Source: a virus (taxonomy: Duplodnaviria > Caudoviricetes). Taken from it: a DNA stretch of 40,901 nt. The translations under genes and the position numbers were made by a program. Positions 25,448 to 34,543 of this stretch are shown here, piece after piece; position 1 is the stretch's first letter, and every line of letters starts with the position of its first letter. The notes below the pieces were generated by a model. That model was not told where the DNA came from and searched no databases. It saw only the letters and a program-made list of their open reading frames with translations. Where the stretch lies: the IMG/VR virus record IMGVR_UViG_3300050194_000024, positions 1 to 40,901 of that record, one strand, 5' to 3'.

Positions 25448-27436
25448 TTATGGGTTCTCCGGTGTGACGGCCACGCCGTCGAAGGTCAGGGTCTGCAGCA
25501 CTTCACCCGGGCCGAAGCCGGCGATGGTAAAGCCCACAGAACGCTGGCGAATCAGCGGGCTCGCTGTCTCGTTGGCGCTCACAACCTCCACGCCCGTGCT
25601 GGTCGTGACGGTGGAAAGCGTGCCGGTGCCTTGGCTGAAGCGGCGCGTGATGCCGCTTGTCCAGACCGTGTTCAACTCAGTCCAAAAATCCACAGCAGGC
25701 GCCAGCGACATGGCCGCTGGCATTGGATCAAACGCCTGGTATGGGTTGATCTTCATGTTGCCCGTGCGAAGCGGCTGCTCGACCACGGTTTCGAGCGTGT
25801 AGGGCAAAAGCTCGGGGGCCGTGATGCCGGCGCCCACCGCAGTGACGGTAGGGCTGATGGCCAGCACCAACTCACCATCGATCACGGCCAGCGTCTGACT
25901 GATGCCGCCGTCGCGCTGATTGTCGTTCGTGAACGGATCAACGAACACGCCGCGCTTGGCAGCAGGGTCAGACAGGCTGATCGAGGTGCGCAAGCGCTCC
26001 TGAGCCACCAGGTCGAACAGGTCAAACACCAGCGTGCGCAGGCCCTGCAGTTCGTCCATGGGCATGACCATGATGGCATCACGCTGCACGGTCGGATCGC
26101 CGAACCAGGTGTGCGACAAGCCAGCGATGCGAAGCTGCTCAGATGGCACCACAGGCTGCGCGGGTCGGTACTGGCTCGCCACACCCTTGATGCGGTTCAG
26201 GCGGCCATCGGCGTCCAGCGTGATCGCGTCGATGCGGGGCAGCGCGAATGTGTAATCGACCGTCACGATGCTGCCCGTCACCACAGGGCCGCCCAGCGTG
26301 AAGCCGGTGTCATCAACTGCGCTGACCACGCCAGCGGCGGTCGACTGGTAGCGATAGACAACCGTGTAAGACGAACCCGGCGCGGGCTCGGCGCCACCAG
26401 GCGACCAGTCCACCTGGCCACTTGTCAGCAGGTAGTCGGTGGTGGCTGCGTAGGTGGTGCCGCCTGTGAAGGCCGTTCCGTTCCACGTGCCGCCCTGGTT
26501 CACAGCCACGATGGACAACACCGAGTTGTCGGGCAGCGGGTCGGATGCGCCAGAGAAGGCCCCGTGCGTGATCGCCTGGGTTTTCTGGGCCGTCACGCGC
26601 ACCTGCTGAATGCTGATCAGCGGCCCATTGTCCAGGTTGATGCGCATCGTGCCGCTGGTGGGCGTGAACGTCTTGGGTTCAGCAATGATCGGTTTCAGGT
26701 CAGGGTCAGCGTCATAGACCTGGCGCAGACCGCGGGCCACCTCGATGGGGAAGCCATTCACGCGAGCCCGGCCCTCGCCAACCAGGACGGTGACCTTCTG
26801 GGTGCCGCGGTTGTAGCTGGCGCTGACGGGCAATCCCTCGATGATGTAATCACCGCCTGCGCTGTCTCGGTCGTATCGCGCGATGGCCGTGGTCACCGCA
26901 TCGAATGCAGGGGGCGGCTCCTTGGACAGCAGCGTGCCGTTGTCCACGGTGTAGACCGCGAAGAACTCGCCCGTGCCGCCGTCGCCGTTCCAGCCCCATG
27001 CGGCCTCGACCTTGAGGCGGCCAGCGCCTGGCTCGTCATAGTTGCGCGTTCCAGTGGCGGGATCGCGCAGGGTCGGGTCTTCCAGTTCTGTGATGACCGT
27101 TTCTGTCAGGCGGATGCCGATCTGAACCACGGTATTGACTGGCACGGTGAAGCTGGCCGCGGCCACATCACGGACAGCGCCACGCAGGTACAGCGCACCG
27201 CCCTCCATCTGCACAGCGCCCGTGGTGTCATCCACCACCGCCTGACAGTCGCGCACGATGTCGCCGTCCTTGAAAATCACATCGGCGATGCCCTTCTGGC
27301 GGGCCAGCAGGCTCTCCTGGATCTCGTTGATCTCGGCCGACTGCACACCCTTGCCGGCGCGGATCAGGTGCTTCTCAAAGCGCTTGGCCGGGTCGTGCCG
27401 GTTGAAGTAGCCGTCAAGTGGATAGGTCACGGACAT
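25448..27436 (-). CDS. DUF4815/VrlC-like baseplate-associated virion protein
   Basis: Y.NR.DP.K.....L.RAG...QSAE.NE.Q; L.DPA.GTRNY.EPGA.RL; G.FVDPF.ND.QRD.G; INPY.AF. Confidence 0.8.
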   Translation of the reverse strand: MSVTYPLDGYFNRHDPAKRFEKHLIRAGKGVQSAEINEIQESLLARQKGIADVIFKDGDIVRDCQAVVDDTTGAVQMEGGALYLRGAVRDVAAASFTVPVNTVVQIGIRLTETVITELEDPTLRDPATGTRNYDEPGAGRLKVEAAWGWNGDGGTGEFFAVYTVDNGTLLSKEPPPAFDAVTTAIARYDRDSAGGDYIIEGLPVSASYNRGTQKVTVLVGEGRARVNGFPIEVARGLRQVYDADPDLKPIIAEPKTFTPTSGTMRINLDNGPLISIQQVRVTAQKTQAITHGAFSGASDPLPDNSVLSIVAVNQGGTWNGTAFTGGTTYAATTDYLLTSGQVDWSPGGAEPAPGSSYTVVYRYQSTAAGVVSAVDDTGFTLGGPVVTGSIVTVDYTFALPRIDAITLDADGRLNRIKGVASQYRPAQPVVPSEQLRIAGLSHTWFGDPTVQRDAIMVMPMDELQGLRTLVFDLFDLVAQERLRTSISLSDPAAKRGVFVDPFTNDNQRDGGISQTLAVIDGELVLAISPTVTAVGAGITAPELLPYTLETVVEQPLRTGNMKINPYQAFDPMPAAMSLAPAVDFWTELNTVWTSGITRRFSQGTGTLSTVTTSTGVEVVSANETASPLIRQRSVGFTIAGFGPGEVLQTLTFDGVAVTPENP

Positions 27437-27449
27437 GAGGTGCCCTCGG

Positions 27450-27932
27450 TCAGAATGTGATCAGGATTTCAAAGCGCTCGCGGGTGCTCGACGTGCGAGG
27501 CACTGGCGCCCGGTTCTCCAGTTGCAACAGTGTACCCGGTGCAGTGATCTGCGCGGGCGTGAAGTAACGCTGGCCGCCTGGCAGGCCAGACTGAACAGTG
27601 GTGCCCACGAACAGGCCAAGCTGTCGAATTGTCGATGTGGCCGCATCCGCGAAGTCGAACGTGGTCACCGCGAACAGTTGGTTCGTTGGCGTGGTGGTTG
27701 TGCTGAACTTGCCCAGGCCCGCGATCTCGATGGCGCCGTTGCTGTCTGGCACCACGTAGTCGCACGAGTTGACCAGTCGGCGGCCGATCTCGTTTGTGAT
27801 GGCTGCAGCATTGGCGTCTTCGCTCGGGGGCGTTGTCCAGGTGCCATCACCAGGCCCCCACGCGAGGTGCATGGCCTGAGCCTTGATGGCGGTTGCGATG
27901 GCCACGCGGCCAGCTTTGGTGAGGATTGCCAT
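27450..27932 (-). CDS. Baseplate / tail-fibre attachment protein
   Basis: MAILT..GR.AIA.A....HLAWG.GD..W...EIGRR...FDF.DA...IR.LG.F; position in tail module. Confidence 0.75.
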   Translation of the reverse strand: MAILTKAGRVAIATAIKAQAMHLAWGPGDGTWTTPPSEDANAAAITNEIGRRLVNSCDYVVPDSNGAIEIAGLGKFSTTTTPTNQLFAVTTFDFADAATSTIRQLGLFVGTTVQSGLPGGQRYFTPAQITAPGTLLQLENRAPVPRTSSTRERFEILITF

Positions 27933-27950
27933 GGGGGTCTTTCGTAATCT

Positions 27951-28310
27951 TCAGAATTCAAACTCGACCGACAGTGACGCCCCGCCAGCGCTAGTCTTGA
28001 ACTTAGGCAGGAACGACGCACGCAGCCATGAGCGCCCATCGAGCGAGACAGCCACCGATGGCACAAGCAGGGGGAAAACGGGGTGCGCTTTGTAGCCAGC
28101 GACAGCGCCAACAATCGCGCCAGCCTTGGCCTTCACTGGTCCGAGCGTGAGCACGTTGGTTTCAGGTGCCCAGCCTGCCCAAGCGCCGGGGCGGCACTCG
28201 GAGTTTTTGAACATGCCCGCCGTGTAGCCATCAGCAAGCAGGTACACGCCCGCCGTGTCGTCGCAAGGCACGGGCGAGGTGTGGAAGGTGTGGAGTAGGA
28301 GGCCGATCAT
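27951..28310 (-). CDS. Second PagP-like beta-barrel protein, no evident signal peptide
   Basis: G.F.NSE.RP.AWAG...AKAG...G..AGY...PV.PL..PS...SL.VEFEF; aligns by eye to 2703-3158. Confidence 0.6.
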   Translation of the reverse strand: MIGLLLHTFHTSPVPCDDTAGVYLLADGYTAGMFKNSECRPGAWAGWAPETNVLTLGPVKAKAGAIVGAVAGYKAHPVFPLLVPSVAVSLDGRSWLRASFLPKFKTSAGGASLSVEFEF

Positions 28311-28312
28311 GC

Positions 28313-29323
28313 TTACGACCTCCAGCGAACAACAATCCCGCTACCGGCAGTCATGGTATTCGCCCCAACATGGACCCTGACCCCATACACAGCGCCAAGG
28401 ATTGCTGGAGCCCATCGACCAGCGCAAAATGCCGGCTGCAAGCTGCTTCCTGTGTCACTCATGATCGCGTTGGATGTGAACTCGTGGATGTCAGCAGAGC
28501 CACGGCGGCTGATCTGCACCCGCCCTCGGATGCCTCCAGTGATCTGTGCCCCCCTATGCAATGTGGCTGACTGAGAAGCGCTGCCAAAGGTCCGCCAAGC
28601 CGCAGACCAGGGGCTGACTGCCGAATTGGTGTCTGGGGCAAAGACCGTGTAGGCCATTTCATTGCCGCCGAACACACTGTCAGATCCACAAAGCTGCAAC
28701 GACAACTCAGGCAAACTTTGCCCACCAGATTGTGTGATCCCGCAAAGGTCGATGGAAATTTCATTCGCCCAACTGGGGATGCCGACAAACTGAACGTTGT
28801 TCGAGGAGCCCCCGGCCACAACCAGACCTGACGAGCCAAACCTTGCATAGGCACCCAACTGCTGCAACGGCACCGCCTCAAGCGGACTCACTGCGTTGCC
28901 GGGGAGCACCAGCGGTCCAACCATCGTTCCGCCAGCCTTCTTCAACGATGCATCAGCACCGGCCTGGGCGGCATTCGCGGAAGCCTGCGCGGTAGAGGCT
29001 GCCGTAGATGCGTTGGTCGCAGTGCTCACGGCATTGGCTGCCGCTGCCTGCGCATTGGTGGCTGCAGCCTGGGCCGCTGCAGCAGCTGTCTGCGCAGAAC
29101 TAGCCGTGCCGCTCACACTGCCCGCTGCGGCAAGCGCTGCATCAGCAGCAGCAGCAATCACCGAGGCCTGATCCTTTAGCCACTTAGCCCGCTTGACCAG
29201 CGCAATGGCCTGGGCGTTCAAGGCGCCGTCAGCGCCACCGCGAAGCAGCGCATCGGTCGACAGCATGGGCACATCTACCCAGGCGGAAGATGGATCAACA
29301 GGCAGTGCTTCAAAGTCGCTCAT
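28313..29323 (-). CDS. Tail fibre / receptor-binding protein
   Basis: GG.DG..N.QA..L..R..WLK fibre N-terminus, Ala-rich coiled coil, GGTM.G.L.L...A..PL.AV..QQL, lower-GC beta-rich tip. Confidence 0.75.
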   Translation of the reverse strand: MSDFEALPVDPSSAWVDVPMLSTDALLRGGADGALNAQAIALVKRAKWLKDQASVIAAAADAALAAAGSVSGTASSAQTAAAAAQAAATNAQAAAANAVSTATNASTAASTAQASANAAQAGADASLKKAGGTMVGPLVLPGNAVSPLEAVPLQQLGAYARFGSSGLVVAGGSSNNVQFVGIPSWANEISIDLCGITQSGGQSLPELSLQLCGSDSVFGGNEMAYTVFAPDTNSAVSPWSAAWRTFGSASQSATLHRGAQITGGIRGRVQISRRGSADIHEFTSNAIMSDTGSSLQPAFCAGRWAPAILGAVYGVRVHVGANTMTAGSGIVVRWRS

Positions 29324-29334
29324 GTCTCAATCCT

Positions 29335-30270
29335 TCACGGCAGGCTTTCGCCCCAAGTGCGATCACCCCAACTCACGGAGGGGCCCCAGCCATCAACGTC
29401 ATCAATCGTCCCGGTGATGTGGCTGAACGGGAACTGTGGGATCTCGGCCCGCTGGCCACCGGTGGCCAACTGCGATCCGTCAGCCCGCACGGTTCCATCG
29501 GCGACCAGGAGGTTGCGACCCACACCCTGGCCCATTATCTGCCGCACCACGAACCGCTGGAAATCACCGTTCAGGGTGATGGCTTCGTCGTCGTAGCTGC
29601 CCACATCCCACACCAGCGTGTCATTGTACCGGGCATCGGCTGAATGCAGACGCATGAACCCGGTGCCCACGGTCGGCGCAGGCAACTCGCTGTGCGCCTG
29701 GTGTGTGCGCCCGAAGCTCAGATCAGCCTGCAGCGCATCGTCCCACACACCACTGTGGTCGCTGTACAGCGAGCCATCCGACCAGTCGCACCGGTCATAG
29801 ACAGCCCGGCGCAGGTCATACCCGTGATAGACGCGAGACAGGCGCGTGCCCACCGGAGCAGAAAGCCGGGCCAGCGCAACCAAGTTCTCGAGATCGGTGC
29901 GGCTCGGAATGCTGCCAGGGTCCAGCTGGTATTCGTACCAGTGCGCCGTCAGCGGGTCTTCTTCGTCGATGGTGGCGGCCAGCCCCAGCCAGCCCATGGC
30001 CATCGTGATGCTGCCGGGTGTGCCGCGGATGCGCTGCCACTGGATGCCGTCTGCGATCACATCGCGAGGGTCGGTCAGGTATGGCAGCAATTCCTCTAGG
30101 CCGTACTCCCACACCAGCCAATACAGCCAGTCATCGGGCGGGTTTTCCTTGGCCGTGCGGATCAGGTCGACACCGGCCACCACATCGGCGCCAGGACGCA
30201 TGGCAGCCTCAAGCGCGCGCTCCTGACGGGTCGCGTTGGGTGGGAGTAGGGTTTCAGTAGTCACGGCCAC
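29335..30270 (-). CDS. P2 gpI-like baseplate protein
   Basis: LLPPNAT..ERALE; L.WLVWEYGL; GI.WQR.RGTP; RL.RVYHGYD.R. Confidence 0.88.
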   Translation of the reverse strand: MAVTTETLLPPNATRQERALEAAMRPGADVVAGVDLIRTAKENPPDDWLYWLVWEYGLEELLPYLTDPRDVIADGIQWQRIRGTPGSITMAMGWLGLAATIDEEDPLTAHWYEYQLDPGSIPSRTDLENLVALARLSAPVGTRLSRVYHGYDLRRAVYDRCDWSDGSLYSDHSGVWDDALQADLSFGRTHQAHSELPAPTVGTGFMRLHSADARYNDTLVWDVGSYDDEAITLNGDFQRFVVRQIMGQGVGRNLLVADGTVRADGSQLATGGQRAEIPQFPFSHITGTIDDVDGWGPSVSWGDRTWGESLP

Positions 30271-31102
30271 CCAGCACCAGGTTGATGTTGCGCAGGGCCG
30301 CGCACTGGTTCTTGCCGATCACCACTTGGGGCGTGAGGGTCATGCCCTCAATGCGCTGGACGCCACCGGCCTGCAGCTTGGATACCACCCACGAAGGCGC
30401 GACGTTGTAGCCAAGGCCTCGCACCTTGGCGAACTCGGTCTGCAGCACAGCCGGCAGGCCATCGAACACGGCCTGCGGTGCTGTGGGCGTCAGGTAGATC
30501 GTTGCGGTCACATCGACCTGCACGATCTCAGCGCCCACCACCTGCACGTTGTGGCACAGCGCACGCACGGTGGCGCTCTGAACAACAGCCGACACATCGG
30601 CCAGCAGTTGCGCAGATGGCGTGCCGTCGCCCAGGCGGGACAGGATCGAAACCCGCACCACACCGCCCTGCGGGCTGTCCACATTGGCGTCCAGAACATC
30701 GATGTTGGTGGACAGGGCTGCAAAGCGGTACTGCGATGCCGTGCCCGCGGCGCTGCGGCTCATGATGGCCTCGCGCACCCGGGTCTTGAAGGCCTGGTCA
30801 AGTTCGCCCACCAGCCGGGTCACGCCGTAGAAGGCGGCCAGCTGATCAAGATCTGAACCCTCGGCAAATGCCAGCAGGCGGGCGCGTGCGGCATCATTGA
30901 TGCGCTGGCGCAGCACTAGTTCATCGTAGGCGTCGGCCTCCAACAGCTTGATGGCCGGGTCTGACTCGACCAGGGCCGAAAAGCTCGGGTCCAGCGCAAT
31001 CAGCGCCTCCAGCTTGCGCTTGAACAAGGCTTCGAAGCTCAGGGCCTCGACCACCTGCGGCGCGGGCAGCGAGGCTAGATCGAGGATGACGTCAGTGCTC
31101 AT
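30254..31102 (-). CDS. Baseplate J-like protein
   Basis: DL..LPAP.VVE.LSFE; ESDP..KLLE..AY.E..LRQRIN.AA...LA.A.G.DLD.LAA.YGV.RL. Confidence 0.93.
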   Translation of the reverse strand: MSTDVILDLASLPAPQVVEALSFEALFKRKLEALIALDPSFSALVESDPAIKLLEADAYDELVLRQRINDAARARLLAFAEGSDLDQLAAFYGVTRLVGELDQAFKTRVREAIMSRSAAGTASQYRFAALSTNIDVLDANVDSPQGGVVRVSILSRLGDGTPSAQLLADVSAVVQSATVRALCHNVQVVGAEIVQVDVTATIYLTPTAPQAVFDGLPAVLQTEFAKVRGLGYNVAPSWVVSKLQAGGVQRIEGMTLTPQVVIGKNQCAALRNINLVLGGRDY

Positions 31103-31440
31103 ACGGTGATGCCTTCAAGGCGCACGGTGCGGCCATCGGCGACGATGACCCCTTCGATGCTGATGGTGATGCGGCCAGCAGTCGTGCGCTCGGTGATCTG
31201 AACCGTGGTCAGCTTGAAGCGAGGCTCCCAGCGATCCAGCGCGACGGCCACTGCTGCCTGCAATTCTACGTCCAGCAGGGCGTTCAATGGGCGGTCAACA
31301 AGCTCGGGCAGGCGGCTGCCGTACTCGCGCAGCATGATGCGGCTGCCGATGGGCGTTGTCAGAATGTCCCGGATCGACTGCACCAGGTGCTCGGCCCCGG
31401 TCAGCTTCTCGCCAGTGTTGCGGCTCATCCCCTGCATCAT
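31099..31440 (-). CDS. Baseplate wedge gpW/gp25-like
   Basis: GM.R.TG..L....HL.QSI.DILTTP.GSR.M.REYGS.L..L.D.P...RWEPR. Confidence 0.95.
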   Translation of the reverse strand: MMQGMSRNTGEKLTGAEHLVQSIRDILTTPIGSRIMLREYGSRLPELVDRPLNALLDVELQAAVAVALDRWEPRFKLTTVQITERTTAGRITISIEGVIVADGRTVRLEGITV

Positions 31441-32075
31441 GCCCCCTTGGCCGGCTGGCCACTGGTGCCAGGGCCGGACATTGTGTCTGCGTGAACGTGG
31501 TTCTCCAGGCTGACCTGAGCCCCGATCACATCGCCCTGGGCCACCACGCGGCCGTCAATGTTGACGTCGCCTTTGATATCCGTGGTCGGGCTATCAATGG
31601 TCACATGCTGGCTCACCAGGCGCGCGCTGTTGCCCTTGAGCTCAAACGTCGTGCCGCCAATGCTGAACACGATGGTGCCACCAGCAGGCACGCTCAGGCT
31701 GTGCGTGTGACTGCCCCGGTCGTACTCCATGCGTGCGCCGTCGCTCCACTCGGTGACGGTCTTGTCCTTGCTGTTGGCCGGTGCCGGGTGGTCGTTCTGG
31801 TAGACGGTGCCCACCACCACGGCCTGGGCCAGATCACCGCTGGGCGCCACCATGATGACCTGCTCGCCAACCTCGGGCGCAGACCATGTGCGATCAGGGC
31901 CAGCGCGGCCAACAGACCACGGCAGCCATCCGGTGGTGACCTTCCCGGCCTTGACCTTGATGCGGGCCTTGCCTTCGTCAAGCGCGGCCACGGTGCCAAG
32001 GCGCACCACGCTGGCAAGGCGGCGCTCCATGTCGGGGATCTGGGCTTCAGCGTAGCCCTGGGCGCGCGCGGTCAT
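31437..32075 (-). CDS. Baseplate spike gpV
   Basis: ERRLA..VR.GTV; T.WLPW...RAG....W..P.VGEQV...PSGD; C-terminal SL..HVH. Confidence 0.93.
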   Translation of the reverse strand: MTARAQGYAEAQIPDMERRLASVVRLGTVAALDEGKARIKVKAGKVTTGWLPWSVGRAGPDRTWSAPEVGEQVIMVAPSGDLAQAVVVGTVYQNDHPAPANSKDKTVTEWSDGARMEYDRGSHTHSLSVPAGGTIVFSIGGTTFELKGNSARLVSQHVTIDSPTTDIKGDVNIDGRVVAQGDVIGAQVSLENHVHADTMSGPGTSGQPAKGA

Positions 32076-32662
32076 CGGGGCAACTCCCCACCCCATGCGG
32101 GTATGTCGCAGCCATCGGGCCCGCACACCGATTCAGGATCAGGCGCAATGGGCTCGGGGAATTGAACGGTCTTCGGGTCTGGGCGCGTCTGCACCAGCGT
32201 TGGCGTGGTCAGGAAGCCATCGTCAGGCGGCAGGTGATCCAGGCGCACGGTGAGCATGCACACGGTGTATTCCATCATCACCACGCCCAGGGTGAGCTCA
32301 CCGAACGCAGACACATCGCTCATGGTCTGTTCCCAGCGGGTGTCTTCCACCAGGTTGCCCAGAGTGGGGTCGGCCTCGATGGCCGCCTCAATGGCGGCGC
32401 TCATCGTTTCAGCCTGGGCCAGCGCAGTGGCAGGCGTGGCCTGAATGGCCGCCTCGATGTTCACGGTCACCAGGCGTTCGATGATCGTGTTGCCGTAGTC
32501 CTGCCGGCCGCGCTTGGCGGTCAGCGTGTAGATCAGCACCGCAGGCAGATCAGCCGGCTGCAAGGGCCGATCAAGTGAGGCATGCACAGACTGCCCGGCT
32601 GGTGTGGCGCCCAGCAGGCGGGCCTTGAAGGCATCGGCGATCTGCGTGCGGTAGCTGCTCAT
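32072..32662 (-). CDS. Tail completion / terminator-like protein
   Basis: R.QI.DA...RL...T.AG..V...LPA.LIYT...IEAA..ADPTLG.LV; position. Confidence 0.7.
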   Translation of the reverse strand: MSSYRTQIADAFKARLLGATPAGQSVHASLDRPLQPADLPAVLIYTLTAKRGRQDYGNTIIERLVTVNIEAAIQATPATALAQAETMSAAIEAAIEADPTLGNLVEDTRWEQTMSDVSAFGELTLGVVMMEYTVCMLTVRLDHLPPDDGFLTTPTLVQTRPDPKTVQFPEPIAPDPESVCGPDGCDIPAWGGELPR

Positions 32663-33000
32663 GGTCGTTTGTTCAGCATCAGGCGAACCATGCCGCCTTC
32701 GCGCTCGATGTCCTTGATGCGGTAGTTGCCAGCGTCGGAGCCATCCTCGACGGTCAGGGTCTTTTCAACACCCACGCCAGCAGCCAGCGGCCAGCCGGTG
32801 GTGAACTGGTAGACCGTCAGGCTCATGTCGGCGGCGCCAACCATGAACGAACCCATGGTGCTGTTGGACGTGCCGCCAGGCCGTTGCTGGTCGTGGAACG
32901 TGTCGAAGATCCCGGTGAAGCGTTGACCTTCGCAGGAAGCAAAAACCCCGAAATCTTCGGGGTTCATGAAGGCCGCGAAGTCGTCTGGCGACTCAACCAT
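32659..33000 (-). CDS. Head-tail joining (closure) protein
   Basis: MVES.DD.AAF.NP.DFG...GIFD...Y.I.DI.R.G.M..L.L; start ATG 33000. Confidence 0.75.
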   Translation of the reverse strand: MVESPDDFAAFMNPEDFGVFASCEGQRFTGIFDTFHDQQRPGGTSNSTMGSFMVGAADMSLTVYQFTTGWPLAAGVGVEKTLTVEDGSDAGNYRIKDIEREGGMVRLMLNKRP

Positions 33001-33430
33001 TGCCCTTGGCCTTGCCAGCCTTGGTGGCGGGCTTGGTTGCTTCGGCTGCGGCCTTGGCGTCTGCTTCGGCCTTTGCTGCAGCAGCAGCTTCTGCGTCGGC
33101 CTGGGCCTTTGCATCAGCATCGGCTTTGGCCTGAGCTTCAGCGGCTGCGGCGTCAGCCTGGGCCTGGTCTTCGGCGGCTGCCTGTGCAGCAGCATCAGCC
33201 TGGGCTTGCGCTTCAGCGGCGGCTGCGGCTTCGGCTGCAGCAGCAGCTTCAGCAGCACGCTCGCTGGCCGCGAACTCATCAGGCCAGTGCTTCGCAAGTT
33301 CAGCCTCGGTTGGGTACCGGGCAAACTTGCGATCCACCAGGGTGGAGCCCTCGCCGTCAGAAACGACCAAGGGGCCACCAGGCGGAACCAGGCCATTGGC
33401 CAGGATGGAAACCAAGGCGATCAGCTTCAT
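32993..33430 (-). CDS. Hypothetical protein after the capsid gene, Ala/Glu/Lys low-complexity tail
   Basis: Small N-terminal domain plus (AEAAAA)-like repeats; occupies the position of lambda FI. Confidence 0.7.
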   Translation of the reverse strand: MKLIALVSILANGLVPPGGPLVVSDGEGSTLVDRKFARYPTEAELAKHWPDEFAASERAAEAAAAAEAAAAAEAQAQADAAAQAAAEDQAQADAAAAEAQAKADADAKAQADAEAAAAAKAEADAKAAAEATKPATKAGKAKGNG

Positions 33431-33444
33431 GGTTTCGCTCCCGG

Positions 33445-34518
33445 TCAGGCGACCGTGATGGTCTGCACAGCATCAGGGTAGTAGCCCACCATCAAGGGGG
33501 CCGACTCCAGGCGCAGGTAGCGAGATGCAGGCTCCTTCTCGGACCAGCTGGACGAGAAGTATTCCATCGGGTTCAGCACGAACTGATCGGTGGCAGGGTC
33601 AATGGACTGGATGGCACCGAAGTGACGCACACCATCGAAGCGGCTGCGAGCGATCATCAGAACCGTGTTGTCGGGCATCAGCTTCTTGACCGCGCCAGTC
33701 TCGGGGTCGACGTACTCCGACTGGAAGGTGAAGATGGGGATGTCGCCGAAGCTGCCCTTGGCAAGCAGGCCCATGGTGCCGGCCAGGGTGGGCGTCAGGT
33801 CAACGCTCACACGCTCGAAACCCTTGTTCTGCTTGTCCAGGTACTTGGCACCGCCCTTGTCCGAAGCCATCAGCTTCAGGCGCAGCAAGGCCCAGGCCTT
33901 GGGATCCAGCAGAACGTAGTCGGGCGTCTGACCGATGCGATTGCGCATGTCTTCGGCCAGGTCTTCCAGCTGACCAAACATCTTGTCGATGGTGATGTCA
34001 GGGTCGTTCCACTTGTTCGCGCCGGCCAAGACGGTCTTGGATGCGGCCGACTTGCCGAAGTCCACCAGTTCATCGAAGCCTTCGCCCTTGATGGTCTGGG
34101 TGCCGAAAATCACAGCCTCGGCGGCCATCACCTCGAAACGGTTCTGCAGGCGGTCCATCTGATCCTGCACATCAGACGCCACGCGAGCCAGCATGCGCTG
34201 CTCTTGGGTCAGGGTGCCGCCCAGCTGCTCACCGGCCAGGCGCTTCAGGTTCTGGTGAGGGGTGTGGACACGGATGTCCTTCACGTAGGCAGGCTTCAGC
34301 GACTTGGTGCTGTAGCCAGCGCCCTCGATGACCCTGCCTTTGGCCATGGGGTGCACGAACGGGGTGGCACCAGGGCGGATCGCCTTGGTCACGTCGTACA
34401 GGATTTCGTCTTTGTCCGACTGGATGACGCTGGGGAACATCGTCAGGAACAACTTGGGCATCGTGCGCAGACGAGGCACAACGACGCGATTGAGGGTATA
34501 GGTGCTGAACAGGTCCAT
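33445..34518 (-). CDS. Major capsid protein (lambda gpE-like)
   Basis: FL..FP...PFV.P...G......KPAY.K...R..GE.LGG......R.E.MAA...G...W...P...L..ESAPL. Confidence 0.93.
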   Translation of the reverse strand: MDLFSTYTLNRVVVPRLRTMPKLFLTMFPSVIQSDKDEILYDVTKAIRPGATPFVHPMAKGRVIEGAGYSTKSLKPAYVKDIRVHTPHQNLKRLAGEQLGGTLTQEQRMLARVASDVQDQMDRLQNRFEVMAAEAVIFGTQTIKGEGFDELVDFGKSAASKTVLAGANKWNDPDITIDKMFGQLEDLAEDMRNRIGQTPDYVLLDPKAWALLRLKLMASDKGGAKYLDKQNKGFERVSVDLTPTLAGTMGLLAKGSFGDIPIFTFQSEYVDPETGAVKKLMPDNTVLMIARSRFDGVRHFGAIQSIDPATDQFVLNPMEYFSSSWSEKEPASRYLRLESAPLMVGYYPDAVQTITVA

Positions 34519-34543
34519 GATGTCCTCTGTGTCGTTGTGTTGA

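Noticed and set aside
25199-27460. Long plus-strand ORFs (also 21743-23287, 32884-34659, 37318-38580, 4589-5806, 3573-4571)
   Set aside because: Antisense shadows of well-supported minus-strand genes in high-GC DNA; no recognisable motifs.
23354-29323. Diversity-generating retroelement or invertible fibre cassette
   Set aside because: No reverse transcriptase, invertase, template/variable repeat pair or flanking inverted repeats seen.
32993-33300. TolA mimic (Ala/Glu/Lys repeats), tempting given the tol-pal target
   Set aside because: Only low-complexity similarity; no TM anchor or TolA C-terminal domain; sits in the head operon.
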